A stretch of 64,000 nt of DNA from Octopus vulgaris (GCA_951406725.2 OX597823.1:90582001-90646000); one strand, 5' to 3'. Shown: positions 27,023-41,361, counted from the first letter of the stretch. Notes: generated by a model from the letters alone, not told the origin. Numbers and translations: made by a program.

Positions 27023-30005
27023 CACAAGGCCGGCTATTTTGGAAAAAGGGATCTAAGTGTTCAAGTGGTACCTGTTTTATTGGTTTCAAAAGGATGAAAG
27101 GCAAAAATTGACCCTGGTGGAATCTGAACATAGAATGTAACAACATCTGATGAAATGCTGCTAAGCATTTTGCCTGGAATGGTAACAATTCTGTCAGCTC
27201 ACCACTTTAATAATAATAATAATAATTTCTTTACTCCTGTAATTGTTCAGACTAAATCAGAGACTGCTAAAGTCAGGTCAAAGACATAGCCATGACTGAC
27301 ATGTTGCAGGAGAACTATATAACCTTTCACACTATATTTCTTTTAGAATTTTACAATTCTTCAAATTCCAGCAGACTTCTTGTCTGCTCAAAAACCTCCA
27401 TTAAATGTTAAAAACCACTCAATTCTTCACCTTTAAGCAATAGCATCTGAGAATTCTTTGTTTCACATCTTCAAATTGGTATTAGTACAACTCTTACTTT
27501 ACAAAATGTTTATCTTACTAACGAGCTTAGTTATCAAATTAACTAATTAATTATAATTACTATAAAACAGTTGAGGGGATTCACGGCAGAGACACACTTT
27601 CACCATTATAAATACACAATGTTAGTAGTAGTAGGTGCAAGTGTGGCTGTGTGGTTGAGCGCTCCTCTTTGCAAGCATGTGATTTGGGGTTCAGTCTCAG
27701 CCTATGGTACCTTGGGTAGGTTAATTCTATTATAGCCCTGTGCTGATCAAAGCCTTGTGATTGTAAAATTAACATGCAAAAGGCTGAATACTCCACAGAC
27801 ATGCATACCTATTTCTTTACTACCCGCAAGGGGCTAAACACAGAGAGGACAAACAAGGACAGACAAACGGACTAAGTCGATTACATCGACCCTAGTGTGT
27901 AACCGGTACTTATTTAATCGACCCTGAAAGGATGAAAGGCAAAGTCGACCTTGGCAGAATTTGAACTCAGAACATAGCGGCAGACGAAATACTGCTAAGC
28001 ATTTCGTACGGTGTGCTAACGTTTCTGCCAGCTCACCGCATACCATTAACGTAGTTCTCAGGGAGATTCAGCATGACACAGAATGTGACAAGGCTGGGCC
28101 CTTTGAAATACAGGAACAACTTGTTGAGTGGACTGGAGCAATATGAAATAAAGAGTCTTGCTCAAGGAGACAATACACTGCTAAGAATTGAAATCACAAC
28201 CTTCTGACTGTGAACCAAATACCCTAGCCATTAGGCCACATACTCTCTTACACATATTACACACAGGGATTCAATACAGTTTCCATATACCAAACTGGTT
28301 CTCTAGGCATTGGTTGCCCCAGAGCTATAGAAGACATTTTCCCAAGATACCATGCAGTGGGACTGAACCTGAAACTATGTGGTTACAAGGTTACAAAGCA
28401 AGTATCTTAACCAAACAGCCATGTCTGTACTTACTTGTATAACCTATATCATGCTGGTTTCACATAAAAAAGCACCTAGTACACTTGGTAAAATGGTTAG
28501 CATTAAGAAAGGGTATCCAGCTGCAGAAACCATGCCAAAACAGACAATTGGAGCCAGGTATGGGTTCCAGTCTTGCCATCTCCTGCCAAACTCTCCAACC
28601 CATGTCAGCATGGAAAACAAGAGATGATGATGACGATGACAACGATGACAATGATGTCTTCAGTTAATAAAGAATTTATTCCCACTTGTGTATTACTTTT
28701 GGTTGAATCTTTGTACCATTCCAAAGACTAATGCAAGCTTTTAGTGGAGTGGTGCCACTCTAGTTTATAAAACAACAAAATATCTGTTCCTAGAATCAGG
28801 AAACTACAAGGCAAGTAACAGCTCTTGAAGAATATTATTATTTTCCAAAATCCATCAATAAAAAGCACTGAAAGTCTTTATCTTCAATCAGTTCAGATCT
28901 CCAAGTTTTCACAGTCACAAAGTCAAAGAGTAAAACAAATTTGATTAGTAATTAAAAAGGTTATAACTTCATTACTAAACAGCAATAAAACCTCACAGTG
29001 CTAACCAAATTCTTGTCTATAAGTTCAGTAGATTTAATGTGTTCAAGAAAACTTAATTCATATCAAGATTGACAAATGAGATTTGATGACAATGACGACA
29101 ACACTGATGACGACAATGATGATGATGATGATGGTGATGATGATACTAAAGATCTGTAGCAATGATGATAGAGAAAATATCAGTAATTGGAGTGTCAATG
29201 ATGAAGATGATGATGCTGATGATGATGATGATTGTGACGTCGGTAGGTAATTGCACTGTTGATGTATGTGATGATGATGATGATGATGACGACGATGATA
29301 AAAGTAGGAATTTGCGGGAAATGCGATAAGAATGATGATATTGATTATGATGATTGCAGCAGCGTTTGAAGGAAAGAACCAATGCTGGGACTGGTTTGTA
29401 ATGGCAGCGATAAAATCGGTTGCTGTGATGATTGATGATGATGACAACGATGATGATGATGATGGTGGTGATTAAATAATCTGATAAAACAATGAGATAG
29501 TATTGAGTTTTGTGTTTACATTTAGACATCTGATAAGATGGTAAAATATGCAAGCATGGTTATACACATGCATGTATACGTGTGTGTGTGTGTGTGTTTA
29601 TATATATATGTATATATGTGCATATAACCAGTCTTGTATATATACTTATACTGCATATGCATACATACACAAACACAGACACACACACACACACACACAC
29701 ACATGCAAACACATGTGAGGAGCATGTGAATGCACCACACGTGCAAACACATGTGGTAAAGATATAAGGTGTGTGTTTATTAATGGAAGTGCATTTATGC
29801 ATCTATGAGTTTGCACACACACACACACACAAACTCTAAGTACATACACACACACATGTTAATGCCAGTATGTCCATATATATATACAGGTGTGTGTGTA
29901 TAGACACATTTTTACACAATCATGTATACATGATTGTGAGTGTGTGTATGTGTGTGAGTATATATTATGTATGTTTATATATTGTGTGTGTGTGTATATA
30001 TATAA

Positions 30006-30038
<33 letters not shown>

Positions 30039-31277
30039 TATGTGTGTATATACATATATATTTTTTACAGTCAACATTTAAAGAGATACATACACACACC
30101 TGTCTATCTATCTATCTATCTATCTATCTACTTACCTACCCATCTATCTATCTATCTACCCATCTATCTATCTATCTATCTATCTATCTACTTATCTATC
30201 TATCTATCTATCTATCTATCCATCCATCCATCCATCTATCTACCCAGCTATCTATCTATCTGTCTGTCTGTCTGTCCATCTCTGCACACATATTCATACA
30301 TCTCATTATACAAAATGTGTAACTTGGTGAATACTAAATTATCTGCATGTCCTTTGAGTCTTGTTTTTGTTATAAATGTGTGTGTGTGTGTGTAATCATT
30401 GTTGTTTCACAGCATCAAAACATTTAGCACCTTTACGAGAGACAGAGGGTATTTCCTAGAAATAATTTACTAAATCCTACCATTCTTGCTTTTTTATTCA
30501 TGAGGTCTTTAACTTCAATAGATTTTAAAAACATATTTTAGTGAAATTTTTTCTTATTTTCATTTATTTGGGTTTTTTTTCCTCCCATTTAACACTTTGT
30601 ATTGCTTTAAAAAAATTGTATTTTTTTTCTGTTTCATGTTAAAAATGAGATTGAGGTTTGATATGTTTACAAAGTTAAGCGTTAGCATGATATATTTAAA
30701 ATGTCCTACATTCTAATGCATTCAGTGTTGTTTCCAATTTGGTACGTAAAAACATCTCGTATTTCTATCCATCAATTTCTTTATTTATCACCATCATCAT
30801 CATCGTTTTTAACGTCTATTTTTCCATGCCATCATGGGCCAGACAGAATTTTTTGTCAAAGCAAGATATTCTACAGCTGGATGCTCTTCCTGACACAAAC
30901 AGTCACCTGTTTCTAAGTGACATAATATTTGCCCCATGGCTTGACATGTTTTTGTGGAATACTGGAAAGGAATGACACCATTCGCATAACTGTGATACTC
31001 TCTAACACCTATCACATGACATCAGATCAAAGACACACACACACACACACACACATGCATACACATATATGGTTTGTTCTTTTTGAGCCATGCCTGGCTC
31101 ATAAAAGCCAGTTTCCTGGTTTCATTGGTATATAGGTTCCTCACTTGGACGGGACACCAGTCTGTCACAGGTGAGCTGCTAGACGCAGGAGGAAAGAGTG
31201 AGAGAAAGTTGTGGTGAAAGAGTCAGCAGAACATTATTTACATTTGATGAATATTTGTCCCCATCTTGTTTGTTGTT

Positions 31278-31323
31278 AACACAACATTTTGGCTGATATA
31301 CCCTCCAGCCTTCATCAAGTGTC
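31278..31323 (-). ncRNA. Degenerate copy of the same hammerhead
   Basis: Stem II GGCUG/CAGCC is perfect; core mutated (UUGAUGA, AAAAU). Confidence 0.6.
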
Positions 31324-31377
31324 TTGGGGAAATTTCGAACTTGGAGGTTCTCATTCCTAAGGTATTTTTCGATGTTG

Positions 31378-31418
<41 letters not shown>

Positions 31419-31606
31419 TTCTATATTTAAGAGATGAGGAATTATGTACATATGGTGTAGTGGCTAAGTCACGGGCTACTAATCCCAAAGATTCCGAGAT
31501 TCCAGGCAGTGACCTGAATAATAATAATAATAATAATAATAACAACAACAGCAACAATATCGAAAAATACCTTAGGAATGAGAAGCCAGGTTTGAAATTT
31601 CCCCAA

Positions 31607-31649
31607 GACACCTGATGAAGGCTGGAGAGTATATCAGCTGAAATGTGTT
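31607..31649 (+). ncRNA. Degenerate copy of the same hammerhead
   Basis: GACAC-CUGAUGA-A-GGCUG...CAGCU-GAAA-U-GUGUU; stem III and cleavage triplet deleted. Confidence 0.6.
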
Positions 31650-31667
31650 TGCGTTCTGTGAGTGCTC

Positions 31668-31704
<37 letters not shown>

Positions 31705-32037
31705 CATTATATAAAGATATGACAAAACAACAAAAGCTACAGCAATGACAAAAACAAACTCAACAACAAAAATATTAAAAAAAACAAAAACACACCAAAA
31801 TATACCCTTTAAAATTGTGGAAATAATCCAATAAAACTAATAAACTTTATTTTCTTACAAACTATTCTTTTTATTTATGCTATTTGTGAGTTTATTTTTG
31901 TTCATTTTTATAAAAAAGAAATTTTACGGTTCTTTTCTTTCTTCTTTTCGTTATTTATTCCTTTATTAAGTATTATTATTATCTTTTTTACTTATGTTAT
32001 GAAATCATGCTTCTGAAATATTACTCTTAATGACAAC

Positions 32038-32107
<70 letters not shown>

Positions 32108-32531
32108 CGGTTTTTTTTGTTAGTTAAAGAATTATAACCCCCCTAGGCAAAAAAAAAAATTGTATCTTGGTCAATTTGTTATTAATAAAGTAGTGAACCT
32201 TAAGATTTGAACAGAGAAAAACAGGAAAAAAATATAATAATAATAATAATGATAATAATAATAACAGTAACAACAATAATGATGATGATGGTTTCAATTT
32301 GAAGGCGATTGCATCAACTTCAATAATTGGTTTGTACTTCTTTTTCTTTTTTTTTTATTAACCCTGAAAGAATGTAAGGCAAATTCGACCCCAGGGAAAT
32401 TTGAACCGAGAACATAAAAAGATTGAAGCAACACTGCCAAGCATGGCATCGGCAATGATTCTGGCATGGGCAATGATTCTACCAGCTCGACACAATAATA
32501 ATAATAATAATAATGATAATAACAATAATAA

Positions 32532-32896
32532 AACAAACTATGCTGGATCATAGATATAGCATGCCCAGCAGACAACAAAGTATGTGATAAGGAAGAAAGA
32601 AAAGTCGAAAGATATAACAGGTTAGCTTGGAAAGTTAAACAGTTGTGGTCGATGAAAAATGTGGTAGTAGTACCAATAATTGTTGGAGCCCTGGGAACAG
32701 TGAGCAAAAATCTCGGGAAGTACGTGAAACAAATAGGGGCTGCAATAAGGGTGGAGCACTTGCAGAAAACAGCACTACTTGGAACCACTCGAATACTCTA
32801 GAAGGTGCTCGGAAAATAAGAGGTGTTACCTTAGTTCACTGGTAGTGAACAGCTAACACTGTAGTACATCTCCATTGTTAGAAGCTGTGCAAAGAC
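32532..32896 (+). mobile_element. 3' end of R4/Dong-like LINE (restriction-like endonuclease domain)
   Basis: NKLCWIIDIACPADNKVCDKEERKVERY...LW...VVPIIVGALGTV...LQKTALLGTTRIL*KVLGK*; flanked on both sides by (AAT)n. Confidence 0.8.
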
Positions 32897-32946
<50 letters not shown>

Positions 32947-32962
32947 TAATAATAATAATAAT

Positions 32963-33520
32963 AAATGCCCTGATGCAGTACCAGGTTTGGCTTTCATGTC
33001 TTCTGATCTTAACTAATTGGAAGTGTTATCATGTACATTGTTTTGTCTTGGTATAAAAGATGGGCCACAGCAAACATTCTGCTCACTACCACAGATTTGC
33101 TTGTTAGTTGTTTGACCTTAACCAGTTGAGTGTGTCTCTTAGTAGCTGATGATATGTGCATCTCTGATCACAAGCAGAAGTAGTGGGGGAGCATCATAGC
33201 CATGTGTTGAGAGGGATTCTTTGGGGTTTGGATAATTCACCTTTGGAAACATGGGTGTTTTGTTCAACATCCTTAAACAATCTTTATTCAAGGACCTTTT
33301 GAGTGGGATGGGCTACTCGACCTGACGAAAATTTTAACTGGTTTCCACCTACAAGGTCATGCACTGTTTATCTTGATAGGAGATCACCATGTCTTGGACA
33401 TATGGTTGTGATGCATGTGCCTGGTGTACCCTTATCAGACAAGTAGTCATTATGGGTATACTGGGTTTCATGTATTTGTACCCCAGTATCACTTTGATGG
33501 CATGCACTGCTCTCTCACTC
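32963..33520 (+). mobile_element. Interspersed repeat between (AAT)n tracts, possibly a LINE 3'-UTR derivative
   Basis: Complex sequence bounded on both sides by (AAT)n; no coding motifs seen, so the class is inferred. Confidence 0.35.
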
Positions 33521-33842
33521 AATAATAATAATAATAATAATAATATCGTTAACAATAATAATAATAATAATAATATTCTTTCAAATTTTGTACAAAGCCA
33601 GCAATTTTAGTGGGAGGGTAAGTCGATTACATCAACCTCAGTGCTCAACTGGTACTTATTTTCTCAACCCCTAAAGGATGAAAGAGAAAGTCGATCCCAG
33701 TAGAATTTGAATTCAGAATGTTAAAGATGGACGAAATATCACTAAGCATTTTGCCTGGCATGCTAATGATTCTGCCAGCTCGCTGCTTTAATAATAGAAT
33801 TTTAAAAAAATAATAATGATTTTATTTATTTGCCATTAGGGT

Positions 33843-34136
33843 GAAGAACAAGACACTAAAAGATGAGATTGAATGAATGTGGGCAATGAAGAAAATAACT
33901 GCCGTCCTTGTGGTTTTGTAGGGGAATTGGGAGCATAAACAACCAGGTTTGAGAAATTGGGATTGACATGCTCAGAAAAACTGCTCCCTTAGGGACAGCA
34001 TGGATTTTGAGATTGGTACTTGGATGATGAGTATTGTGGAAAGGATCATCATGAGACCCAAGTCAACAGGCTGTTGTCCACTCTTACAGAATTAGCTGGA
34101 ACAAGTGAAATTGAGGACCCTGAGGAGTGAAGTGAC
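33843..34136 (+). mobile_element. Highly degenerate R4/Dong-like LINE 3' end
   Basis: LKDEIE*MWAMKKI and QKTAPLGTAWILRLVLG remnants, followed by (AAT)n. Confidence 0.55.
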
Positions 34137-34180
34137 AATAATAATGGTATAATAATATTAATAATAAAAATAATATAATC

Positions 34181-34238
<58 letters not shown>

Positions 34239-36257
34239 CATCCATCATTTTGAATCTGGATTTTGTCCCCATTAATGGGGGTGGCCAGATCTACCTCAAT
34301 GCCATAGCAACTACCCTCACACCATGTCACCATCTTATCCGGTTTTGTGTGTCCCCTCTTCTCAAGTCAACTCTCCCAATCTCCTCCTCCACCCGTCCCC
34401 TCCACACTTTCCTTGGTCTACCTCACTTTCACTTTCTGTTTTCCTCAAAAATCCGTAGAAAATCTAGCTATGAAAAAAACCTCATAATAATAATAGTAAT
34501 AATAATAATAATATGATAATAAAGTCACACATAAATACAAAAAGGAGAGAGACGGAGAGAAAAAAAAACAGAGTGACAAACAAAGAAATACAAAGTAAGT
34601 CTAAGAGAAAAAAACTATATAAATGTACTTTGATGTTGGAATGGTGAATAAATGTCAAATAGATCTTGTCGACAAGAGGGAACACACACCCACACACACA
34701 CATACACATGAACACACACACACAATCCCTCCATCTTTGTACAAGTCAGTAAATTCTTGGTTGGTTTGGTAATAATATTATTATTGAATGGTCAAATGAG
34801 AGAAAGAGAGAGAGAAAGGAAGGGAGAAGAGTGAAATTGAGAGGGAGAGAGAGAGAGAGTGAGTATGAGAGGGAAAGGTCAGATTAGGAAATGATTGTTT
34901 GAGCAAAATTATCTTGCTTCTTAATGTAATGTTTGTGTGGTGGTTGTGGTGTGGTTGTGGTGGTGTAGTGTTGTGGTGCGTTATAGGTATGTTGTGATGT
35001 ACTTATATTGTGTGTAGTGTAGCTGTTGTTTAGCCCAAGGCTGACTGATCCAGTAGACTGCTCTCTCATCAAAGACATTCCAGCTATTCTTCACCTCACC
35101 CCCGTGTTTTTATGGGATATTTTGTAGAAAAGCATACATTTCACATATAGTTCATACTTTGTGCTCAACAGCTGTTTCATTAAGACAAACATCATTAAAT
35201 GAATAATTACATAATTGAGACATAAATTTAGATTATTTTTTAGGGATGTGTGGAACTTCATTATCCATTGTGCTTTATCCTTGTTTAAAACAGTAGGTGT
35301 GTATGTGTGTGTGTGTGGGGGGGTACTTTGAGGAAGATTTGACTGCTATATTTAACAGATCAAACAACCACACAGAGGCTTTAATTTATGTATTAGGACA
35401 AAAAGGTACGTAGCTCAGTGGTTCGAGTGTTTCATTCACAATCGCAAATCTGTGCAATTCCCTAACCGAGTGGTTCATTGTGTTCTCAAGCAAAACACAT
35501 CATTTCACATCGCCTCAGTCCACTCAGCTGTAAATGAAATTGACTCTCAATGTTCATGTGAACCACCAAGCTGCTGGATATTCTCTCTTCATGAAGAAAT
35601 AGACATTTTTACTGTTGGATGATTTTTGCTTCTTACTAATATATTTCGGGGATTTTTTTTACACTATACACCAATAAGAGATGCTTTCTTCACATGAATA
35701 CTGCCATTGTCAAGCTTTCATCAGTACATCTACATTGAGTATTTTACACTAATTGATATTTTAAACTAATGCTGCTTTTGTTGCAGGGCTTAGTGGCTAG
35801 GATATTCAGCTCACAATCATTGCAAGGTCATGAGTTCAATTCCCAGCAGCGTGTTATGTCCTTGAGCAAGGTACCTTATTTCATGCTGCTCCAGTCTACT
35901 CAGCCACCAAAAGTATATCACAGTGAATCTCCCATAGAATTACATTAAGGGTACAAATATCTGTGGAGTACTCAGTGGCTTGCATGTTAATTTCACGAGC
36001 AGACTCTTTGGTTGATCGGATTAGCTGGAACACTCATTGTCATAACTGACAGAGTGCCAGCCATCTGTCACTAATAATGAATATACACACATATATATAT
36101 ATATTGATTGAAAGGGTAAGACAACGAAAGAATGAAAGAGACCTCGATATTATGTAAATAGAAGAATTTATCTGTAAATATAATATGTGACAATTTCCCT
36201 AACATCCGAAACTCAGAGTTTTATCATGGCTACCGAATAATTGTCACATATTTACAG

Positions 36258-36288
<31 letters not shown>

Positions 36289-36296
36289 CATATATG

Positions 36297-37035
36297 CAGG
36301 ATATCCTCAAGCTCTACAGATCTTCCAGGACAAGGCTCATCTTTCAGGCTGTAGTTTCCGCTCAGAATTTCTGGCATCACCAATGACACTGGCTTACGCT
36401 TATTGTCTGATCCCCATGTACTGCACTAATATTCCTCGTACTTTCCGTTGCATCGTTGTCTTTATTGAACTCATAAAGTAAATATGTCGAATATGCTCCA
36501 TTGTCACTTTCATAATAGCTTTGAAAAAATAACTTTTAAAATCGAGCAGCACTCTTCAAAACTTGCACTAAGAATAAGCACAAGGTAGAATTGAGACCCC
36601 CTTTGGTCATCTCTGACCGTGGGATTGCACCTAGAAAGTTACCCTCTCAGGCTCAAGTCCAGGCAAGGTTGTTTGTGGAAGACCAGCAGTCGCCCATGCA
36701 TACCGGCCTCCCCTCTCCATGTCACCAGTGTTATCCCAGGGAGAGGCAAGGGCTGATACAGCTTGGCACCTGTGATGTTGCAACTGATTTCTACAGCTGA
36801 GTGAACAGGAACAATGTGAAATATGCTCAAGAACATAACACACATCCTGGTAGGATTTGAACTCACAACCTCACGATCGTAAGCTCAACATGCTAACCAC
36901 TGAGCCATGTGCCTTCACTAAGGTAGAATTACTACCTATTTTTATAGCAAGTTGATGCAGGTAATTTATCCTGTTCTCCTCTGACTTTTAGCTCATACAA
37001 TTGAAAAAAACGTATTATTTATGGGATAACACAAT
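36297..37035 (-). mobile_element. Mariner transposon 5' fragment interrupted by a SINE
   Basis: From ATG 36513 on the minus strand: EHIRHI/LYEFNK...RNISAVHGDQTISVSQC...KF...YSLKDEPCPGRS. TIR-like ATTGTGTTATCCCATAAATAATACG at ~37011-37035. Confidence 0.75.
36593..36919 (-). mobile_element. Complete tRNA-head SINE (family C) with 11-bp TSD AAGGTAGAATT
   Basis: TSD at 36582-36592 and 36920-36930. Minus-strand head GGCTCAGTGGTTAG...GAGTTCAAATCC (A/B box-like). Homologous to 8681-9016. Confidence 0.8.
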
Positions 37036-37046
37036 GTATATGTGTG

Positions 37047-37145
<99 letters not shown>

Positions 37146-37329
37146 TTATATATATATATCTAATATAGGATAAAATTTTTCAAAAAATTCTATCAGTGGC
37201 TAGCATATTAAAAAATACCTTTAAAGGTTAAATTTATAAACAACTTATAAACAAGTGCAAAAAAAAAAAATTTCTGTTTTCGGCATATTTGGCATTAGAA
37301 ACTTTTTTCTTTTGCCCTTGTTTGTAAGT

Positions 37330-37402
<73 letters not shown>

Positions 37403-37980
37403 ATATTGTGCCTGTCAATGGATTTCTGCACAGCTGCACAATTCCCATCTGTTGAAATTTAATTCCGAAGACTTTGGTCTACTCAAGACTCTTGTAGTAG
37501 AGGATTGTTGCTCAAAGAACTGCATTGTAAAACGGCAACTGGATGCCCAGAATCACATGAATCCAATGTGAACTTCTTCACCTTCCTGCTGCGTCTGCAC
37601 ACATATTGTTCCCTAGCACTCTCTCTCTCTCTCTAACTTGTTGTGTGTGGAGGGGCACATGTTTGGTGCAGCAATGCAGTGCTGGGTGCTGTATCTATCT
37701 ATGTGTGTGTGTGGTGGGGGGACAGCACAGTAGAGTTTAGTGCAATGCAATGCAGCGTGTGTCAGAGGAAATTATGCTATCTAACTAAGCGTTATTCACA
37801 AGGTTTCTGAATTAGGAAAATATAACTAAATATTTGAACTGGAAATCTCATTGAAGAGTCAATAAAATTGAATTTTTGTATAAAGAGATAATTCATTTTG
37901 TTGTTTTTATTATATTTTATCATTTTATTATTTAAAGGAATTTCTTTCATAAATATCACAAAGTACACACATACACGCAA

Positions 37981-38044
<64 letters not shown>

Positions 38045-38723
38045 CATACGCATACATATATATATATATATATATATATCTACAAAGATATACTGTCACA
38101 TAATATTTATGTGTTTGTGTATATATATATATATATATATATATTCTCATACAAACACACGGACACACACATCAACATATATATAAACATTAGAAGCATG
38201 GCATGCACAAAAACACACATGCATATGTATGTATGCACACACACTCACATACATACGCATATATATATATCATTCACTGCCAAAAATGAAATAATGGAAT
38301 AGATAAAGACTGTGAAAAAGAGGGAGTGCAACCACAAAACAAGACTACTACTACTACTACTAATGATGATAGTAATGATAATAGTACTACTAATAATAAT
38401 GATAATCGTCATAATGGTTATAATCATCATCATCATCCAAGCTGTAATGTAGGCAAATAGAATTATATGATTTAGTAATATATTCTAGATAAATTTATTG
38501 TTTGTATTCTTTGAAATAACAAAGAAAGTGAGGGTGAGGGAGTACTATCACACACACAACTGTAATTGAATCAACTTTATATCACACACACACACACACA
38601 CACACACATTTGTATAAATATGCACACACATATTTGTATGCATGATCATAGTCAATTGTCTGTGTATAATTATTCACGCATACACACAACTTATACATTA
38701 ATAATTGTATTTGTATAACCTAT

Positions 38724-38758
<35 letters not shown>

Positions 38759-38856
38759 AAATTCATACAAAATTGCTATACACACATATATATACACACA
38801 TACATACATCCATACATACACACACATATATATGTGTATATATATGTGTGTGTATG

Positions 38857-38889
<33 letters not shown>

Positions 38890-38926
38890 ATGTATATATA
38901 TATATATAGGTGTGTGTGTATATATA

Positions 38927-38958
<32 letters not shown>

Positions 38959-39765
38959 GACATGTGTGTGTATATATATATATATATATACACACACACA
39001 TACATACATACATACACACATTTTCTGTATCTGTATATAAATAAACTAGGGAACAATTCCTTCATTTCTCTTGACTAACCTTATTATTATCGTCATCATC
39101 ATCATCACCATCATTATTATTATCATCATCATCATCATCACCATCATTATTATTATCATCATCATCATCATCATTATTATTATATATGAAATTTATACAA
39201 ATATGGCAATACACATACATTTTATGTGTTTATATTTGTGTGTGTGTGTATGTGTGTGTGCGTGTGCATAAGGGAAATATGAATTGTTCATATGTTGCTG
39301 TTTTCCTTTAATAAAATAACTTCCTTCTTATAAAACATCCTTTCTTTAGATGGTTGCAAAATAATTGAAGTATCATTGAGAGAAATTTTTATCAATTTTC
39401 TGAACATAATATGGTTGTCATTGATTCACTCTGGTCTGTTCAGACACACAGAGAGCCGGCTTTAAAGAGGTAACTTTGACTGTAGCAATGTCTTCAGTTT
39501 CGGTTTGATTTCATAGCAGTAATGCCTTAGAAGTCTTGGGTCGATATGTTAACATTTGCCATCATCATAACTTCAGTCCTGAATCAATGCCAACCTCATT
39601 TGTCATTCGATCCACTGAAAGTCCAAGGGGAACTGAAGAGAGGCAATATGTGCAAACCTGACCATTTGGAAGCACACTGTAAGTTACAACTTTTAATCAA
39701 TCACCAATGGAGAGGAGAGGTGGATAAGAGAGAAGAGAGAAAGTAGGTGTCAGCTGAAGAGGGGA

Positions 39766-40056
39766 GTTGAGCCTATGTGGTGCAAAGGAGTGAAGAGAGA
39801 AGATTCATTCTTGTTCACGGTGAAGGCGGGAATCCGGATGACCCCTGCGCAAAGACAATCTGAACACAGACAGGTGTTGTAATGAATGACTGGTAGAGTG
39901 GAAATGGTGCAAGACTGGGGTGTCATTACCGAGTCTAATATCTCGAAGGTGCTCCATAAACCGGTCGGCCAAGTGACGTCCTGTTTGACCGATGTACAGA
40001 GAAGGGAAAAAAGAGCAGGAGATGCAGTAAATGACATTGCTAGAAGTGCAGGTAAA
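39766..40056 (-). pseudogene. GIY-YIG endonuclease fragment of a Penelope-like retroelement
   Basis: Manual translation: FTCTSSNVIYCISCSFFPSLYIGQTGRHLADRFMEHLRDIRLGNDTPVLHHFHSTSHSLQHLSV...RLHREQE*IFSLHSFAPHRLN. Shows VIY-YIG, R...EH, HF, RE and terminal LN; one in-frame stop. Not in the ORF track. Confidence 0.88.
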
Positions 40057-40211
40057 TATATATATATATGTATGTATATATGAGTATATATATTAGTTAA
40101 TAAATTGTATGGTATACACCTGGTAGTTTGCTGGTAAAGCATTTCACTGGTTCAATGTTCATTGGGTATTTTTATTAATGAGAGAGATGGAAGATATGAG
40201 AATGTGTATTG

Positions 40212-40317
40212 TTCACTACAACTGTTTCGACCCATCTAGCATCGATTCCTCATGGGGCGGATATTACACAACTGGTTTAGGTGCATCCGTTGGTGTAGAT
40301 GTGTCTTCTCAGGTGAC
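40212..40317 (-). ncRNA. Hammerhead motif with extended stem II (degenerate core)
   Basis: GUCAC-CUGAGAA-GACACAUCU...AGAUGGGUC-GAAAC-AGUU-GUA-GUGAA; homologous to 51161-51265. Confidence 0.6.
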
Positions 40318-40511
40318 AAAACATATCTTGTTAAATTAATGTCTGGTTCACAAGATTTCTTCATTGTATGTGTATACAGCAAATTAAAGGATACAGCTTC
40401 ATTATTATAAAAGATTGACAACAAATATGAGAGGCAAAAAGGAAACAAATATACAATACAGCAAAAAACAAAAATACACACACAGAACAGATAAGAGATG
40501 TTTACTCCATA

Positions 40512-40667
40512 CATTTACAGCTGTTTCATAGTCTTGTTAGTTATATAATAGATGATACATCAATATAAACACATATAAAATATACATATACATGAATATA
40601 GATTCATGAGCATACTCAAATATAGAAAGGTACCAATACGGGGACCAACAGAATAATCACCAGAATG
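40512..40667 (-). ncRNA. Degenerate hammerhead with ~130-nt domain II
   Basis: CAUU-CUGGUGA...GAAAC-AGCU-GUA-AAUG, with palindromic stem III ACAGCUGU. A related decayed copy lies at ~43478-43612. Confidence 0.45.
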
Positions 40668-41274
40668 ATTCAGGCTTTCATGATCTTTTGCAATATATAT
40701 ATCTAAACCACACACACACATACACACATCCACACACACACATATATGTATGAGAGAGAGAGAGGGGGGATAGAGAGTGAAAAAAAGGAAGAACTAACAG
40801 ACAGCCAATGTATTATTATGCGGTAAAAGAAAGTAAAAACTGGACAATTCCAGTATTGGTAATTAAACCATCTATAAATAATTCTATTTAATTACCCTGA
40901 GGTAGGATGTGGTGTAGATATAACTGCAAACAAAATGGTACAGCTCTCACCACCACCACCACCACCACCACCGCCCTCACCATCTTCATCCTCAGTATTA
41001 TTGCTGTTGTTATCAGGTGGTGGTGGTGGTGGTAGTGGTGGTGGAGACCGTGTATCAATGTTGTCTCTGTTAGTGCCATTCTTGTCATTAGAATGAAGTT
41101 CGAATTCCCCACCCCTGCCACCACCAACACTGTTAACATCACAAACATCATCATCATCATCATCATTATCATCATTGCAAAAACTGGTGCTCTTATTGAT
41201 TGCACTTATACGTGTACATATATTAGAGTTTTATGAGTGTTGTATATAAATGTGTGAATATATACATGCAAGTA

Positions 41275-41307
<33 letters not shown>

Positions 41308-41324
41308 TGGGTGTATGTAGATGA

Positions 41325-41361
<37 letters not shown>

